A stretch of 64,000 bases of DNA, from the IMG/VR virus record IMGVR_UViG_3300033149_006357, positions 1 through 64,000 of that record; one strand, given 5' to 3'. Below, piece after piece: positions 15,692 through 26,200 of the stretch. Each line of letters begins with the position of its first letter. Positions within the stretch are counted from its first letter, which is position 1. Source of the stretch: a virus. Under the pieces are notes generated by a model. The model was not told the DNA's origin. It was given only the letters and a program-made list of their open reading frames with translations, and ran no database searches. Both the position numbers and the translations under genes were made by a program.

Positions 15692-16747
15692 ATGATATTG
15701 GTAACAGGAGACTGGCACATCAGGGACAAAGAAGGGCTGGATGCACTTGACCGAGTTATCCAAGTGGCGTATAATAGACGGCCCGACCTGGTTGCGGTAT
15801 GTGGGGATGTGTTCCACTCATCGCGGCCGGGCAGCGAGATGGAGAAAGAGGTAGCCAGGCGATTGAAAGAGCTGTCGAAAATGTGCCCCGTGGTTGGCGT
15901 GAGCGGCAACCATGATTCTACATCGAGAGCCGCCGCGACGGACACGATGGATATCCTCTCGCCCTCCATATCCATCGCATCGGCCCCGAGGATAGTACAG
16001 GCCAGGGGATACTATATCGTCTGCATCCCCTGGCTGAGACCGAATCAAATCCTCGCAAACGAGCCCCGCCTGCAGCGCAACGCTGCAAACGCAAAGCTTG
16101 CATCTACTGTCGAGGCTATGGTAACAGGATATCTCACGGATGCCCCGGATGGCGCAGTAAAAGTGCTCATAGCACATTGTACCACCCTCGGAGCGGATTA
16201 TGGCGGGTACATCCCGACATCCCTTGGCGGGGAGCTGATCTGGAACACAGATTGGTTCTCCGGCTACGATGTCGTTTGTCTCGGACACATCCACAAAGCA
16301 CAGATCGTAGCGCCAAATGCCGCGTACTGCGGCAGCACCTATCGCAATACCATCGCCGAGAGGGATGTGCCAAAAGGCGTCTACATATGGGATGGCAAGT
16401 GGGAATGGGAGCCGATCTGGGCGCGCCCGATGTACCTGGTAGAAGGGACGCCAGATGAGGTCGAGATTCAGGTCGCTACGCTACCAGATGGCGCAGACGT
16501 GCAGGTCAGGGTACAACTGCAGCCACATGACGACTGGTACGGGATGGATGGGTCCAGGTTCCACAAGTTCCAGGTTCACCAGGTCATCGAGCGGGAGGGC
16601 CGGCCGTTCGCGCAAGATCCCTGGCAATCGATGAGCGTGCCAGAGGCGCTGAGGAGGTACTTTGAGATCATCGGAAAGGAGGAAAGCGAGATCGACCTAC
16701 TTATGTCCGCATTCGCAAAACTGGAGGAGTCCAAAAATGGACAATAA
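15692..16747 (+). CDS. sbcD: Mre11/SbcD-like exonuclease (metallophosphoesterase)
   Basis: GDWH, GDVFH, GNHD, AH, GHIH and YCGS motifs. Confidence 0.85.
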   Translation: MILVTGDWHIRDKEGLDALDRVIQVAYNRRPDLVAVCGDVFHSSRPGSEMEKEVARRLKELSKMCPVVGVSGNHDSTSRAAATDTMDILSPSISIASAPRIVQARGYYIVCIPWLRPNQILANEPRLQRNAANAKLASTVEAMVTGYLTDAPDGAVKVLIAHCTTLGADYGGYIPTSLGGELIWNTDWFSGYDVVCLGHIHKAQIVAPNAAYCGSTYRNTIAERDVPKGVYIWDGKWEWEPIWARPMYLVEGTPDEVEIQVATLPDGADVQVRVQLQPHDDWYGMDGSRFHKFQVHQVIEREGRPFAQDPWQSMSVPEALRRYFEIIGKEESEIDLLMSAFAKLEESKNGQ

Positions 16748-17210
16748 AAAGACATGTCCCGTATGTGGGTATCGGGGATACAAACGACATCGCGGGAAAT
16801 ATTGTCCCGAATGTGGCGCCCGGTTGTACATCTACAAGCCGAAAAAGAAAGACAAGCCTTCCGTGTGGGTGGCCGAGGAGAAAAATCTGGGCGAACTTGT
16901 GGATGCGCTGGAAAGATACATCGCATCGGAATACGTTATCCCAAGATTCAGGTTTTCAAATCGCCTGCCAGAACTCGCGATGGCACGCACGCTGTACGAA
17001 AAGTGCAATTTCAATCAGAGCCTGGCCCTGCTTGTCATACGCAGGTACTTCACAACAAGCAGGAAGATAATATGGTATAGACCCAAGTCGATGGCGCAAG
17101 TCCTGTGGGATAACTCGCAGGGCGGGTGCTTCAGCACCGCGCTATCGCTGGCAAAAATGGATCACGCAAACGTGATCCAGAATCTAGAACAAGTAAAGGA
17201 GATGATATGA
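16737..17210 (+). CDS. Zn-ribbon protein
   Basis: GGAGGAG SD; CPVCG...CPECG. Confidence 0.6.
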   Translation: MDNKKTCPVCGYRGYKRHRGKYCPECGARLYIYKPKKKDKPSVWVAEEKNLGELVDALERYIASEYVIPRFRFSNRLPELAMARTLYEKCNFNQSLALLVIRRYFTTSRKIIWYRPKSMAQVLWDNSQGGCFSTALSLAKMDHANVIQNLEQVKEMI

Positions 17211-18244
17211 TCAGGGTAGACGGATCGGATTTCAAAACGATCCTGAAGGCCGCAATCGCCGGCCTGAGCAGGCGCGCCGCCGGCGACGCATCCAAGGTCA
17301 GGCTGAGAGCGACGGACGACATCATCGAGGCAAATGGCATGGACTACGAGCTCTACATCAAGGCAAGGGCGATGTGCCGGACGCCCGGGGATTCGTTGAA
17401 CATACTTGTGCCGCCGGAGATCGTATACACGATCGGCGATGGCGAGACAACGCTGATGCTGGATGACACGACGCTCATCGTACAAAGCAATGGTACGGCA
17501 AGGTTCCCGACGGAAGCGCCGACAGACTACCCGGCCATCGAGGGCATCATCGGGCAGAACATCCCGCTTTCAAAGCAAGACCTCAAGCCGCTTATCGCGG
17601 CGGCAAAAACCAACTCCGGGATGCTGAGGGACAGATGCATCCATATCCGGTCGAAAGACGAAATGGTATACTTTGGCACGACATACTCAGCCGTAAGGTT
17701 TTGCATCGTTCAAAAAGAGTACAATAGCAATGTCCCCATATCGGCGATGTGCGAGATCGCTCTGATCAACAGGGCGATGGCGGCCATAAATGGCAACGTC
17801 GTCCTATCGGATGACGCATGCGCCGTTGTCTCGGACAGGGGGCTTGCCAGGTTTCCGACAAGCGACACGTCATCGATCATGCTGACAGAGAATGTGGCGG
17901 GCCTCCAACCGCAGTTTTACTGGTCTGCGCCGGATGACATGATCGACGCCCTGCAGATCGCGCACGAGATCGGAGCCCAAATCGCAGAGTTCTCGTACAA
18001 GGCCGGACAAGTCGAAATGGTATGCAGCGGGAATACATCGTATCACAGGGCGTTTCCGGCACAATCCGACGAGCCATTCGAGGGCATGGTCAGCGTAAAC
18101 GACCTGCTCATAGCCGTAAAACACGTCGGCGTAGACAAAATCGGCATGATCCCCAACACTTCCACGGAAGACACATTGTACAACTGGAAGATCGGAGGGG
18201 ATGACACATTTTTCTTGTTGTTACCTTTCAGGAGGAAAGCATGA
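17207..18244 (+). CDS. dnaN: DNA polymerase III beta-like sliding clamp
   Basis: About 345 aa; VRLRA...ANGMDYELYI and PTDYPAI resemble beta-clamp domain 1 and its linker. Confidence 0.65.
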   Translation: MIRVDGSDFKTILKAAIAGLSRRAAGDASKVRLRATDDIIEANGMDYELYIKARAMCRTPGDSLNILVPPEIVYTIGDGETTLMLDDTTLIVQSNGTARFPTEAPTDYPAIEGIIGQNIPLSKQDLKPLIAAAKTNSGMLRDRCIHIRSKDEMVYFGTTYSAVRFCIVQKEYNSNVPISAMCEIALINRAMAAINGNVVLSDDACAVVSDRGLARFPTSDTSSIMLTENVAGLQPQFYWSAPDDMIDALQIAHEIGAQIAEFSYKAGQVEMVCSGNTSYHRAFPAQSDEPFEGMVSVNDLLIAVKHVGVDKIGMIPNTSTEDTLYNWKIGGDDTFFLLLPFRRKA

Positions 18245-19332
18245 GCACAGAAGGAAGAATCGTATCGCGTTCGCCAGTGCACGTCATCAGCCAGAATGAC
18301 GTGTGGATCAACACCGATCCGGCAGCCGGTGAGGTGTACGAGATCGAGCGACGAAAGATCAATAGCAGGTGGGTTCCAGTATACGCATTGTCAAAGCTCG
18401 CCCTTGACAAGCTTCTGGTGGCCGCCGGCATCAAGCAGAAAGAATCCGTGGTCGAAGAGCTCCGGCCAAACGTATGGAAGGCAAAGTTCGTCGGCGAATG
18501 GGAACAACCGGACGGCACGCAAATCGAGCTCGAGGCCACAAAGGTGATCGATCTGACCATCGGCGGGCCAAGATACACGGAGAGATACCAAAAAGAGGTC
18601 GACAACCTGCTATCGAAATACGCCGCAGATCGCGGCATCAACAGAAGGCAAGACGAAACGCGCGATCAATGGTTCGGGCGCGTCCGGTATCACCTGCACA
18701 AGCAGGATCCGGACATCCTGGACGAGATAGACTTTATCGCAGCCGAGGTCGCAAAACGCACCACGCAAAAGGCTGCCCAGTTCGGAGCCGAGCTCGCCGA
18801 GACCGGGGCGATCAACAGGGCCATCCGGACACTGCTCCAGATCGGGACATATACCAAAGAGTACCTGGATAACAACCCGATTACCGTTTACCGATCCCAG
18901 ATCGACTGGGAAGCGGCGAGAAACCTGCTCGGAGAGGAATACACAAAGTCCGTTATCGCGGGGATGGTGCAGCAAAACCTCGGCGTCGATAGCGTAGAGA
19001 TGCTGTCCCTCGATGCGCCAGAAGAGGAAGAACCATCCATCTGGGAGGCCACCATCCAGAAGGAGCAGGAACTGTCGATCAAGGCATACTATGCAGACAG
19101 GGACGATAAAGACCCGGACGAGATGACGCAAGCCCTGTTTGGCAAAAACGTGTCGGAGCTCACGGACGGGGAAGCGCGACTGACGCTGCTTGCCCTGGAT
19201 GAGCTGGAACACGATGCGTCTTCTGGGGGCGACAGGGTAGAGTTTTTCAATCATTTAAGGGGGGTTATTCGCAAATGCGCAGGCGAAAGAAGGATCCCGG
19301 ATAAGGAAGAACTATGGCAAATGAACTTCTAA
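18241..19332 (+). CDS. hypothetical protein, possible single-strand annealing recombinase
   Basis: AETGAINRAIR resembles a Rad52/Erf-like helix; lies near the exonuclease gene. Confidence 0.4.
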   Translation: MSTEGRIVSRSPVHVISQNDVWINTDPAAGEVYEIERRKINSRWVPVYALSKLALDKLLVAAGIKQKESVVEELRPNVWKAKFVGEWEQPDGTQIELEATKVIDLTIGGPRYTERYQKEVDNLLSKYAADRGINRRQDETRDQWFGRVRYHLHKQDPDILDEIDFIAAEVAKRTTQKAAQFGAELAETGAINRAIRTLLQIGTYTKEYLDNNPITVYRSQIDWEAARNLLGEEYTKSVIAGMVQQNLGVDSVEMLSLDAPEEEEPSIWEATIQKEQELSIKAYYADRDDKDPDEMTQALFGKNVSELTDGEARLTLLALDELEHDASSGGDRVEFFNHLRGVIRKCAGERRIPDKEELWQMNF

Positions 19333-19961
19333 CGAAACAAGATCAACTTGAAAGGTTTAGAAGGCTGGACAGGGAGGCATCCGAAATGCTATCCCTGTCA
19401 AAACTCACGATGACAAAAGCCATCCTCGACCTCAACGCCATCCGCGAGGAAGCCCTGTTCCTTGCGGCCGAGTATAACACGTTTGAGGAATACCTACACG
19501 ATTTCACGGACTACAACGGCGTAAGCAGGGCGATGATCTTCAATCACCTCGCCACGGTCAGACTGGCGCTCGCATCTGGCATGACAGAGAATGAAATTAT
19601 ACAGTATGGTATTTATACCCTCAAACCGTTTTACGAAACGGGCGCTGGCAAACCGATCCAGGAATACGATCGGTGGACTGGCGAGATCAAAAAGATCGAC
19701 GATCGCCTGAACGTAGACAGCGATTATGGGGATTACGTGCGTGAGCACATCTCTCCCGGAGACCCGCCCGCCGTGGCGCGTGCTATCGTCCGCCAAAAGA
19801 TGGCACCGGCAAGATACTCATTCTTTCCGGTGTTTTCTGGGGAAAAAGTTACAGATGTAGAGTGGTATCTCGAAAGCGGCGATAAAACTCTTGGACACGG
19901 GCTCATGAGAGACATGGGCGGAGATGTCCTCAAAGAGTTTGTGCGGAGACTGGGGAAATGA
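19314..19961 (+). CDS. hypothetical protein
   Basis: 215 aa, coupled to its neighbours. Confidence 0.6.
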   Translation: MANELLTKQDQLERFRRLDREASEMLSLSKLTMTKAILDLNAIREEALFLAAEYNTFEEYLHDFTDYNGVSRAMIFNHLATVRLALASGMTENEIIQYGIYTLKPFYETGAGKPIQEYDRWTGEIKKIDDRLNVDSDYGDYVREHISPGDPPAVARAIVRQKMAPARYSFFPVFSGEKVTDVEWYLESGDKTLGHGLMRDMGGDVLKEFVRRLGK

Positions 19962-20752
19962 TTTACCAGATGGATTGCAAGGATTATTTTGCCAGGCTCT
20001 GCGACGTGGATATCATCATCACGGATCCGCCATACAACCTGTCTACAGATGGCGCTAACTTTGACCTGCGCGGCAGAAAGCCCATCCAAAGGGACTTTGG
20101 GGATTGGGACAAGATGTACGACCCAGGGCCATTCATCGACATGGCGGCAAAGTCCCTGGCGGATGGGGGGTGGTTGATAATCTGGACGGGGGATCGGTTG
20201 TTTGGGAGATACCATGCACTGATCAAAGATCACCCAGATCTAAGCTATCGCACAACGCTCACATGGTGCAAGACAAACCCCGCCCCAAATGTAAGGCGCA
20301 GAAACTGGACGTATGCCTTTGAATGGGTCGCCGTCGCATCAAAGGGGAAACCAAACACGTTTCATTTCCTGTCAGATGCAGAAATGAAAAACTATATCGT
20401 TGGCACGACATGCAGTCATCACGAACGCGTGCATTGGCACAGCGTAGACGGGGAAATCGCGCTGTGCCAGAAAGGGTGTCACATCTGTAAGACCGGGGGC
20501 ATCCAGACCAGAAAGGCCCACCCCACGCAAAAACCAATGTACGTGTGGGAATGGATACTGCGCGTCATATCCGATCCCGGACAGACTGCGTATGATCCAT
20601 ACGCCGGCGTTGGGTCCAGCGGTGCCGCTGCGGAAAAATACGGATTGGAATGGGTTGGCACGGAGATCAATCCGGAATACGCTACCGTTGGGAACCTCTG
20701 GCTATCCAACATACAGCCTAGGACAGAGTACGCGCAAATCTCCTTGTTCTAA
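19958..20752 (+). CDS. DNA adenine methyltransferase (beta class)
   Basis: ITDPPY, HPTQKP, YDPYAGVGS, GTEIN. Confidence 0.92.
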   Translation: MIYQMDCKDYFARLCDVDIIITDPPYNLSTDGANFDLRGRKPIQRDFGDWDKMYDPGPFIDMAAKSLADGGWLIIWTGDRLFGRYHALIKDHPDLSYRTTLTWCKTNPAPNVRRRNWTYAFEWVAVASKGKPNTFHFLSDAEMKNYIVGTTCSHHERVHWHSVDGEIALCQKGCHICKTGGIQTRKAHPTQKPMYVWEWILRVISDPGQTAYDPYAGVGSSGAAAEKYGLEWVGTEINPEYATVGNLWLSNIQPRTEYAQISLF

Positions 20753-20753
20753 G

Positions 20754-20783
20754 ATACGGGGGAGGTCTAGGCCTCCCCCGTAT
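20754..20783. terminator. hairpin between convergent early and late transcription units
   Basis: 12-bp stem ATACGGGGGAGG/CCTCCCCCGTAT. Confidence 0.6.
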
Positions 20784-22065
20784 ACACTTTCCCATCCCAA
20801 ATCGCTATGCCATCTATGGATATCGGGGTAATGGCATAGTGATCATCGTCATAATCTATTACCGCAAAGCCCTGTTGCCAGTTTTGCGATGCGCTTGTCC
20901 CGGGCACGATTCCATCCACCCTGCATAGACACCCAGGGCAAAAACCCTCTATCACAACTGGGCCATCTTTCCCATACAGCGTCTTTGATACCCACTCCCT
21001 GCGATGGGCATGCCCAAATATCTCCGAGACCACAGACGATTCGATCTTTGCGCGTGCTGTACCACCTATGGTGGACGACACCACATCCCCGTGGCTAAGC
21101 CTTACCCTGTTTCCAAGGAGGCTCATTTCGTCGGGGTAGTCGCCAACCCAATCCACCTTGAGCTTGTGCAATGCAAGCAACCTCGGGACGCTGATCGATG
21201 GCGGCAAGTCTAGTTCGTCTACAGATTTCAAGCCATAAGCTACCGCAAAATGCTCCATCAAAATGGACCTCAGCCTGCGCTCATGGTTTCCTTCATACAG
21301 CCTGATCTGCGCATTCGGCAACATGTCCCTCAGCGTCTTGAGAAAAGCGTGCGCGGCCAACAGGCTCTTTTGCGTCTGATATTGATACTCTGGCGTGCGC
21401 ACAAACTTTGTCGTCCAGTCTGTCAAATCGAGCAGATCCCCGAGGATATCCACGCGATCTGGCCTTGCGTCTCTTGCCACGCTGAGCGCGATACGCAAAG
21501 CGCTCTCGTCGTGCAATGGCTCGTCTATCCTGTACCCAAAGTGCATATCTGCCAGCACGAGCGATCGGCGTAAACCAGTATGCTTTGGCAACGGAGCATC
21601 GTAGGTTACGTCGCACTCTATCGGAACAAGCACCGGCATGAGAGGTACGGGGACTTTGCGAACAAACTGAGCATGCACACTCCAAAGTTGCACGCTCTCG
21701 ATTCCGTTTTTGTTGACGTACCCACTCTCTATCCTGCCGTCTTCCCACCGCAGATCCACCCTCTCGTTCTTTGCCCACCCAGGATACGCCTTTATTTCAT
21801 ACTTGACTACTTTCCACACATCCAGGTCGACATTTGCGGCCTCGATGAGCTCGTCCAGCGTCTTCACCAGGCACGACGCCTCGGCGTAGTTTCCAGACTC
21901 GACCCACCTCGCCGGCGACTTGTCTTTCAGGCGCTTGTACTTGTTTTTACATGCGTCTTTGCTGCGACCTATACGCCTCCCGATCTGGGAAAACGGCATG
22001 CCCGCATTGCGCAGCGTCAATAACTCATCTATTTCGCTTTGAGTCCACTCTATGGTGTCGGCCAT
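20767..22065 (-). CDS. calcineurin-like metallophosphoesterase with N-terminal Myb/HTH-like domain
   Basis: WTQSEIDEL...IGRRIGRSKDACKNKYKRL; DMH, GDLLD, GNHE, SHG, GHAHR. Confidence 0.8.
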   Translation of the reverse strand: MADTIEWTQSEIDELLTLRNAGMPFSQIGRRIGRSKDACKNKYKRLKDKSPARWVESGNYAEASCLVKTLDELIEAANVDLDVWKVVKYEIKAYPGWAKNERVDLRWEDGRIESGYVNKNGIESVQLWSVHAQFVRKVPVPLMPVLVPIECDVTYDAPLPKHTGLRRSLVLADMHFGYRIDEPLHDESALRIALSVARDARPDRVDILGDLLDLTDWTTKFVRTPEYQYQTQKSLLAAHAFLKTLRDMLPNAQIRLYEGNHERRLRSILMEHFAVAYGLKSVDELDLPPSISVPRLLALHKLKVDWVGDYPDEMSLLGNRVRLSHGDVVSSTIGGTARAKIESSVVSEIFGHAHRREWVSKTLYGKDGPVVIEGFCPGCLCRVDGIVPGTSASQNWQQGFAVIDYDDDHYAITPISIDGIAIWDGKVYTGEA

Positions 22066-22808
22066 TCTTCCCTAAACACCCGTCTGACGATTTCTTCGAT
22101 CCTTGCGTAATCGATCTCGCCGCTTGGTGCAGGCGTGTATGGTGCCTGAGTAGGCAATGGCCCCTCTCCTACGATTGACAATTCCATGTCATCCACGTAG
22201 GCATCGTTATGCTTCAGCGCCCATTCGGATTGTCCCCAAGCCCACAGCGTAATACGATCAGATTTTGCTTGCGCCCGCACAGCGATCTGCTGGTACTCGT
22301 CATACGGTTGAACCGAGTTGCCATCGTTCGACCACACGATGTCCGCGCTCTCCGGGTCCGTTCCCCCGTAAGGGTCGATCCCGATGCGCATGCGGTAACG
22401 CCCGTTCGAGACATTCGGATCATCGCCACTGGACGACCAGGCTTGCACCCAGGCGCTAAACTGGTAGGTTTTCCCGAACTCTATCGGACTGATGATCTGG
22501 TAGATACCGGCGGTGTGCTTGCCCCAGCTCGTGAACCATTGCTGGGCATGCTGGCCAGAGTGTACCCGCCGGGGGTCCAAAGACACTTTGGCATCTTTGT
22601 ATTCTGGCCTGCGGTCGTTCTCGCTCCACCAGGCCACCCAGCCATTTGCCACATGAAGCTGTAGGATATCATCCTGGTATCGGAACCCTTCCTCAAAGTC
22701 CAAGTTTTGGATGTCCGACACCGAGGCTAAGTGGATCACCGACACCGGCTGGCAGCCTACCACCAAAGCAAGTACTACGGTGAAAATGAGGGCGATCTTT
22801 AGTTTCAT
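22050..22808 (-). CDS. lipoprotein with carbohydrate-binding-like jelly-roll domain
   Basis: Signal peptide and lipobox VVGC; NLDFEEGF...AGIYQ...RIGIDPYGGTDP...VWS...AYVDD. Confidence 0.7.
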   Translation of the reverse strand: MKLKIALIFTVVLALVVGCQPVSVIHLASVSDIQNLDFEEGFRYQDDILQLHVANGWVAWWSENDRRPEYKDAKVSLDPRRVHSGQHAQQWFTSWGKHTAGIYQIISPIEFGKTYQFSAWVQAWSSSGDDPNVSNGRYRMRIGIDPYGGTDPESADIVWSNDGNSVQPYDEYQQIAVRAQAKSDRITLWAWGQSEWALKHNDAYVDDMELSIVGEGPLPTQAPYTPAPSGEIDYARIEEIVRRVFREEWPTP

Positions 22809-23056
22809 TGACTTTTCTCCTCTTGTTTGGGCTTCTCGGTCAGATACAGCCCATCGTTTTCCTGGACGATGACAGGATCATCAAAGTCCACACCGTGGTA
22901 CAGGCAGAGCATTTCTATCAGCCTCGTGTTCAATTCTGCGATCTCTTGCAACAGCTCGTGCCGCCTGCGTTGCGCGAGCATCACAAGGCCCGCATCGTGC
23001 CTGTCCAGCTTGACTTTCTTTGGCTGGCCGTCTTCGTACTTTGTTTTAGTCTCCAT
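22805..23056 (-). CDS. hypothetical protein
   Basis: 83 aa; stop overlaps lipoprotein start. Confidence 0.55.
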   Translation of the reverse strand: METKTKYEDGQPKKVKLDRHDAGLVMLAQRRRHELLQEIAELNTRLIEMLCLYHGVDFDDPVIVQENDGLYLTEKPKQEEKSQ

Positions 23057-23214
23057 ACAATTTCTGGTTTACCAAACTATGTCAAACTGACACAGATTGG
23101 AAGGCCGCCTTTCCTCGGCCTACTTTCATAAAAAGTTCGCGCTTCATCGGGGCCTCGCCGCACCTAACCCTCCACGCGCAGGGGCCGCCACCACCGCGCA
23201 CATCAATACCGTTT

Positions 23215-26200
23215 TCATCGTTTGCCCTCCGTCAAGAGTTTTTCGATTCGCGCTATGCGCTGATCCAACTGTAGGATAGCACCACGCAGCAGTGCCGCGT
23301 GTCGTTTGCTGCTCATCATCAAGCCATTGTCGCATAGTGTGACGATGCCAAGCGCCTCGGTCCTTGGCCGCTCTACCAGGGCTTCCATGCGTGCGACTTT
23401 CGGATCGGTCGCCGCCCTGTCCAGAATCTGATTCAGCTCATGTAGTAGCGCCAGATCATCTTCCATGTCGTATGAGTGGAGCGACCCGTCGTAATAGAAA
23501 TCGCCTTCCTTGTCGAAAATGAACCGGGTGGCGTCGTGGTCACCGATCGAGAGAATGTTGCCATTGGCATTCAGGTATGTTGCGCCAGTTCCAGACTTGA
23601 TGGATCCAAGCAGTGCAATCACCCCGTAGTTGCTTGTCGTCTTGCCTGTTTCGGCGTTGCCCGTCAGATATCCCCACAACGTCATTGCGCCATGAGCGTA
23701 TGCGCCGACCTCGCGGAAGCTAGAAATTCGTAGGCCCCCATCGCTGCCGTGGTGCTTTTGAAAAAAGGCAAATGTATCTGTCTCGGTCAGGTTGGTCATT
23801 CCGTGCGCCACATCGCTGGATTTGAGCGAGATGATCTCGTCATCGTATCCGGCCTGATTGATGGTCAGGCCAAGAGTTTGTTTGGCGTTTGAGTTGTCAT
23901 TAACATATATGGAGTTAGATGTATGAATCTCTCCACTAGATAGTCCAGACGCATAATCGCCAACAGTCAGTGCTATTCCGCTAAGATAGAGATAGGCTGC
24001 GGTAAGTTGAAATCGTTGAAGGCCACCGAGCGACATCCCTATATCACCATTTGCACCAGCAGAATCGGCGCGCATTATCATGGCCGTGGAGTCCGACCCA
24101 TCCTCGCAATACAGTACTATTCCCGGATAACCACCAACGTCATTACCGCGAATGTAAGAGTACAATGTAGAGCCATCCATCCATCGAATCGCACTGGGAT
24201 TTCCTGTCCCCTGGGAAATTGTGATGCCATCGGCATTGAGTACTACATCGCCGCCACCGGCCACCAGCTTTCCATCGCTATCAAAATACGCTTGCAATGT
24301 ATCGTTGTTCCGCCCCTCGAACCGATACGTTGATCCATTTCTGTATAGCCGCAAGCCCGTAAAATTAGACCCAGGCGTGCCTGCGCCGAGACGGATTTCA
24401 CCACCATCCCCCATATCAAGAAGGCCATTGATCTCGCCTGCTTGTGCCTTGATGGTCCCGACAACTTCTAGCAATGCCGCAGAAGCATCCCAGAGAACAT
24501 ACTGTGAGCTGCCGCCTAGCAACACATCCCCTTTATCCAGCGTCAGGCCGCCCCAGCTCTTATTATCCACCCCGCTGACTCCGAAAGCCGCGTCGCCCTC
24601 GTCATCGATGGCCCACAGGCCCTCAGCATCGGCCCAGGCCAAGGTATTTGGCGTGCGCCAGTGCCAGGTGGAAGTCTCAGCGAATACCGGCGCTCCACTT
24701 TCAAATATGGCCCGGATCTCGTCAAAGGTCATGGCGCGCCCAATCACAGCAAGGTCATCCACGTTGCAGCAGCCAGCTTCGCCTATTCCCAACTTGTATT
24801 TCCCAAAGGCCATGCCATCCCCGAGGTTGGTAAGCTCGGTGCCTGCATAGAGTGTGCCACCCTCTACACCTGTGTACAGCCGCAAGGAGCTATTGGCATA
24901 GTCGTAGACAATCGCAAAGAAAACCTTGTCCCATGGTTTCCAGTCTACAGAAGATCCACTGCCGGTTACGGTCCAGCCCGAATCATTTAGATCCTTGAAC
25001 CACAAGCAGATAGTGTCGTGGGCGTGCCATTTCATTAACGCCAGGCTGCTATTGCCGTAATAATTGCCGACCTGGAGCGGGCGGAAGGTGTGGCCCGAGG
25101 TCGTATCGTTCTCCTCTGTCGTTGTCTGGAACCAGCCAAAGATAGAGAATACATCGTGTGGCACGATGTCGGGATACAGCAAGCTGCTGGCGCTTCTGCT
25201 ACTGGTGCTGTTGTGCGCAGTGCCGCTCCAGGAATGGCCCGGGCCAAGGCTGCCGTCGCAGTAGGGAGTAGCATATCCTCGTTCCTCGAGCTGCGCTGCA
25301 TCCAGATAAAAGCCCTGCCCGTCGGCAGTTACACCCTCAAAAATGACGTAAAGGTTGATGCTTGTCCGATCGGTATAATCGGGCTCAAACGTGGCAAACA
25401 CTCGAATCCAGTCATCTGCATCCGCGACCAATGCCACAGTTTGGGTTTCCGATTGATTCGGGTTCGCTCCGCCTTTCCAATATACTCTTAGCTTAATATC
25501 GTCGCCTACAGGTATGTCTCGATTTTTGACCCAAACTGACCAAGTATACGTTGATGTACCGGATATTGGTATATCAGGATAGCTGGCTTGAGCAAAGATT
25601 TGGCCGCCCCCCGATTCCACCAGACAACTGTATGACCCGATGTGCGCTTCGCTGTCAGTTCTAGTAAGTGTGCCAAGACTAGCTGAGCTCCATCCAGCCA
25701 GATTCACTTCAAAACTCGGATTTGTACAGAGATTCGTCGTCGCCTCCGCAACCTGTACTGCCTTCCCAAACTTCCCCGGCCTGAAGATGACCCCACCATC
25801 AATCGTCGGCACCTGGCCCATGTGCCCGTGCGCGTCACCGGTGAAATCCGTCTCATACGGTTCCGGGCCGTCAAAGTGGCAGATCATAAGAGCATCGCTA
25901 AGCTGGATCGCATGCTTGCCAACTATCCACCCCTGTGCTCGGAAATTGCCGGCCACATCCAGATCGAACTGCGCATCGGGCGCACAGTTGATTCCAATGT
26001 TGGATCCGGAATAGTCCACAAAAAGCAAGTTGGGGCCAACGACCAGATCATCGCCAACCTGCAAGCCACCATCCGCATCGATCTGTGCGTCGAATGTCCA
26101 GGCGCCCGTCACGGTTTCATTCTGTGCAAGTGCTGCATATTGAGGATGATCGTCATCCCCCAGGCCACCCAAAAGCCCGTGATCTATATTGGCCTCGTCC

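Noticed and set aside
18175-18183. Self-target of TIGR unit 3 (CATTGTACA), and similarly TATTGTACA near 59859
   Set aside because: Flanks do not match spacer B or its reverse complement; single 9-mer hits can occur by chance.
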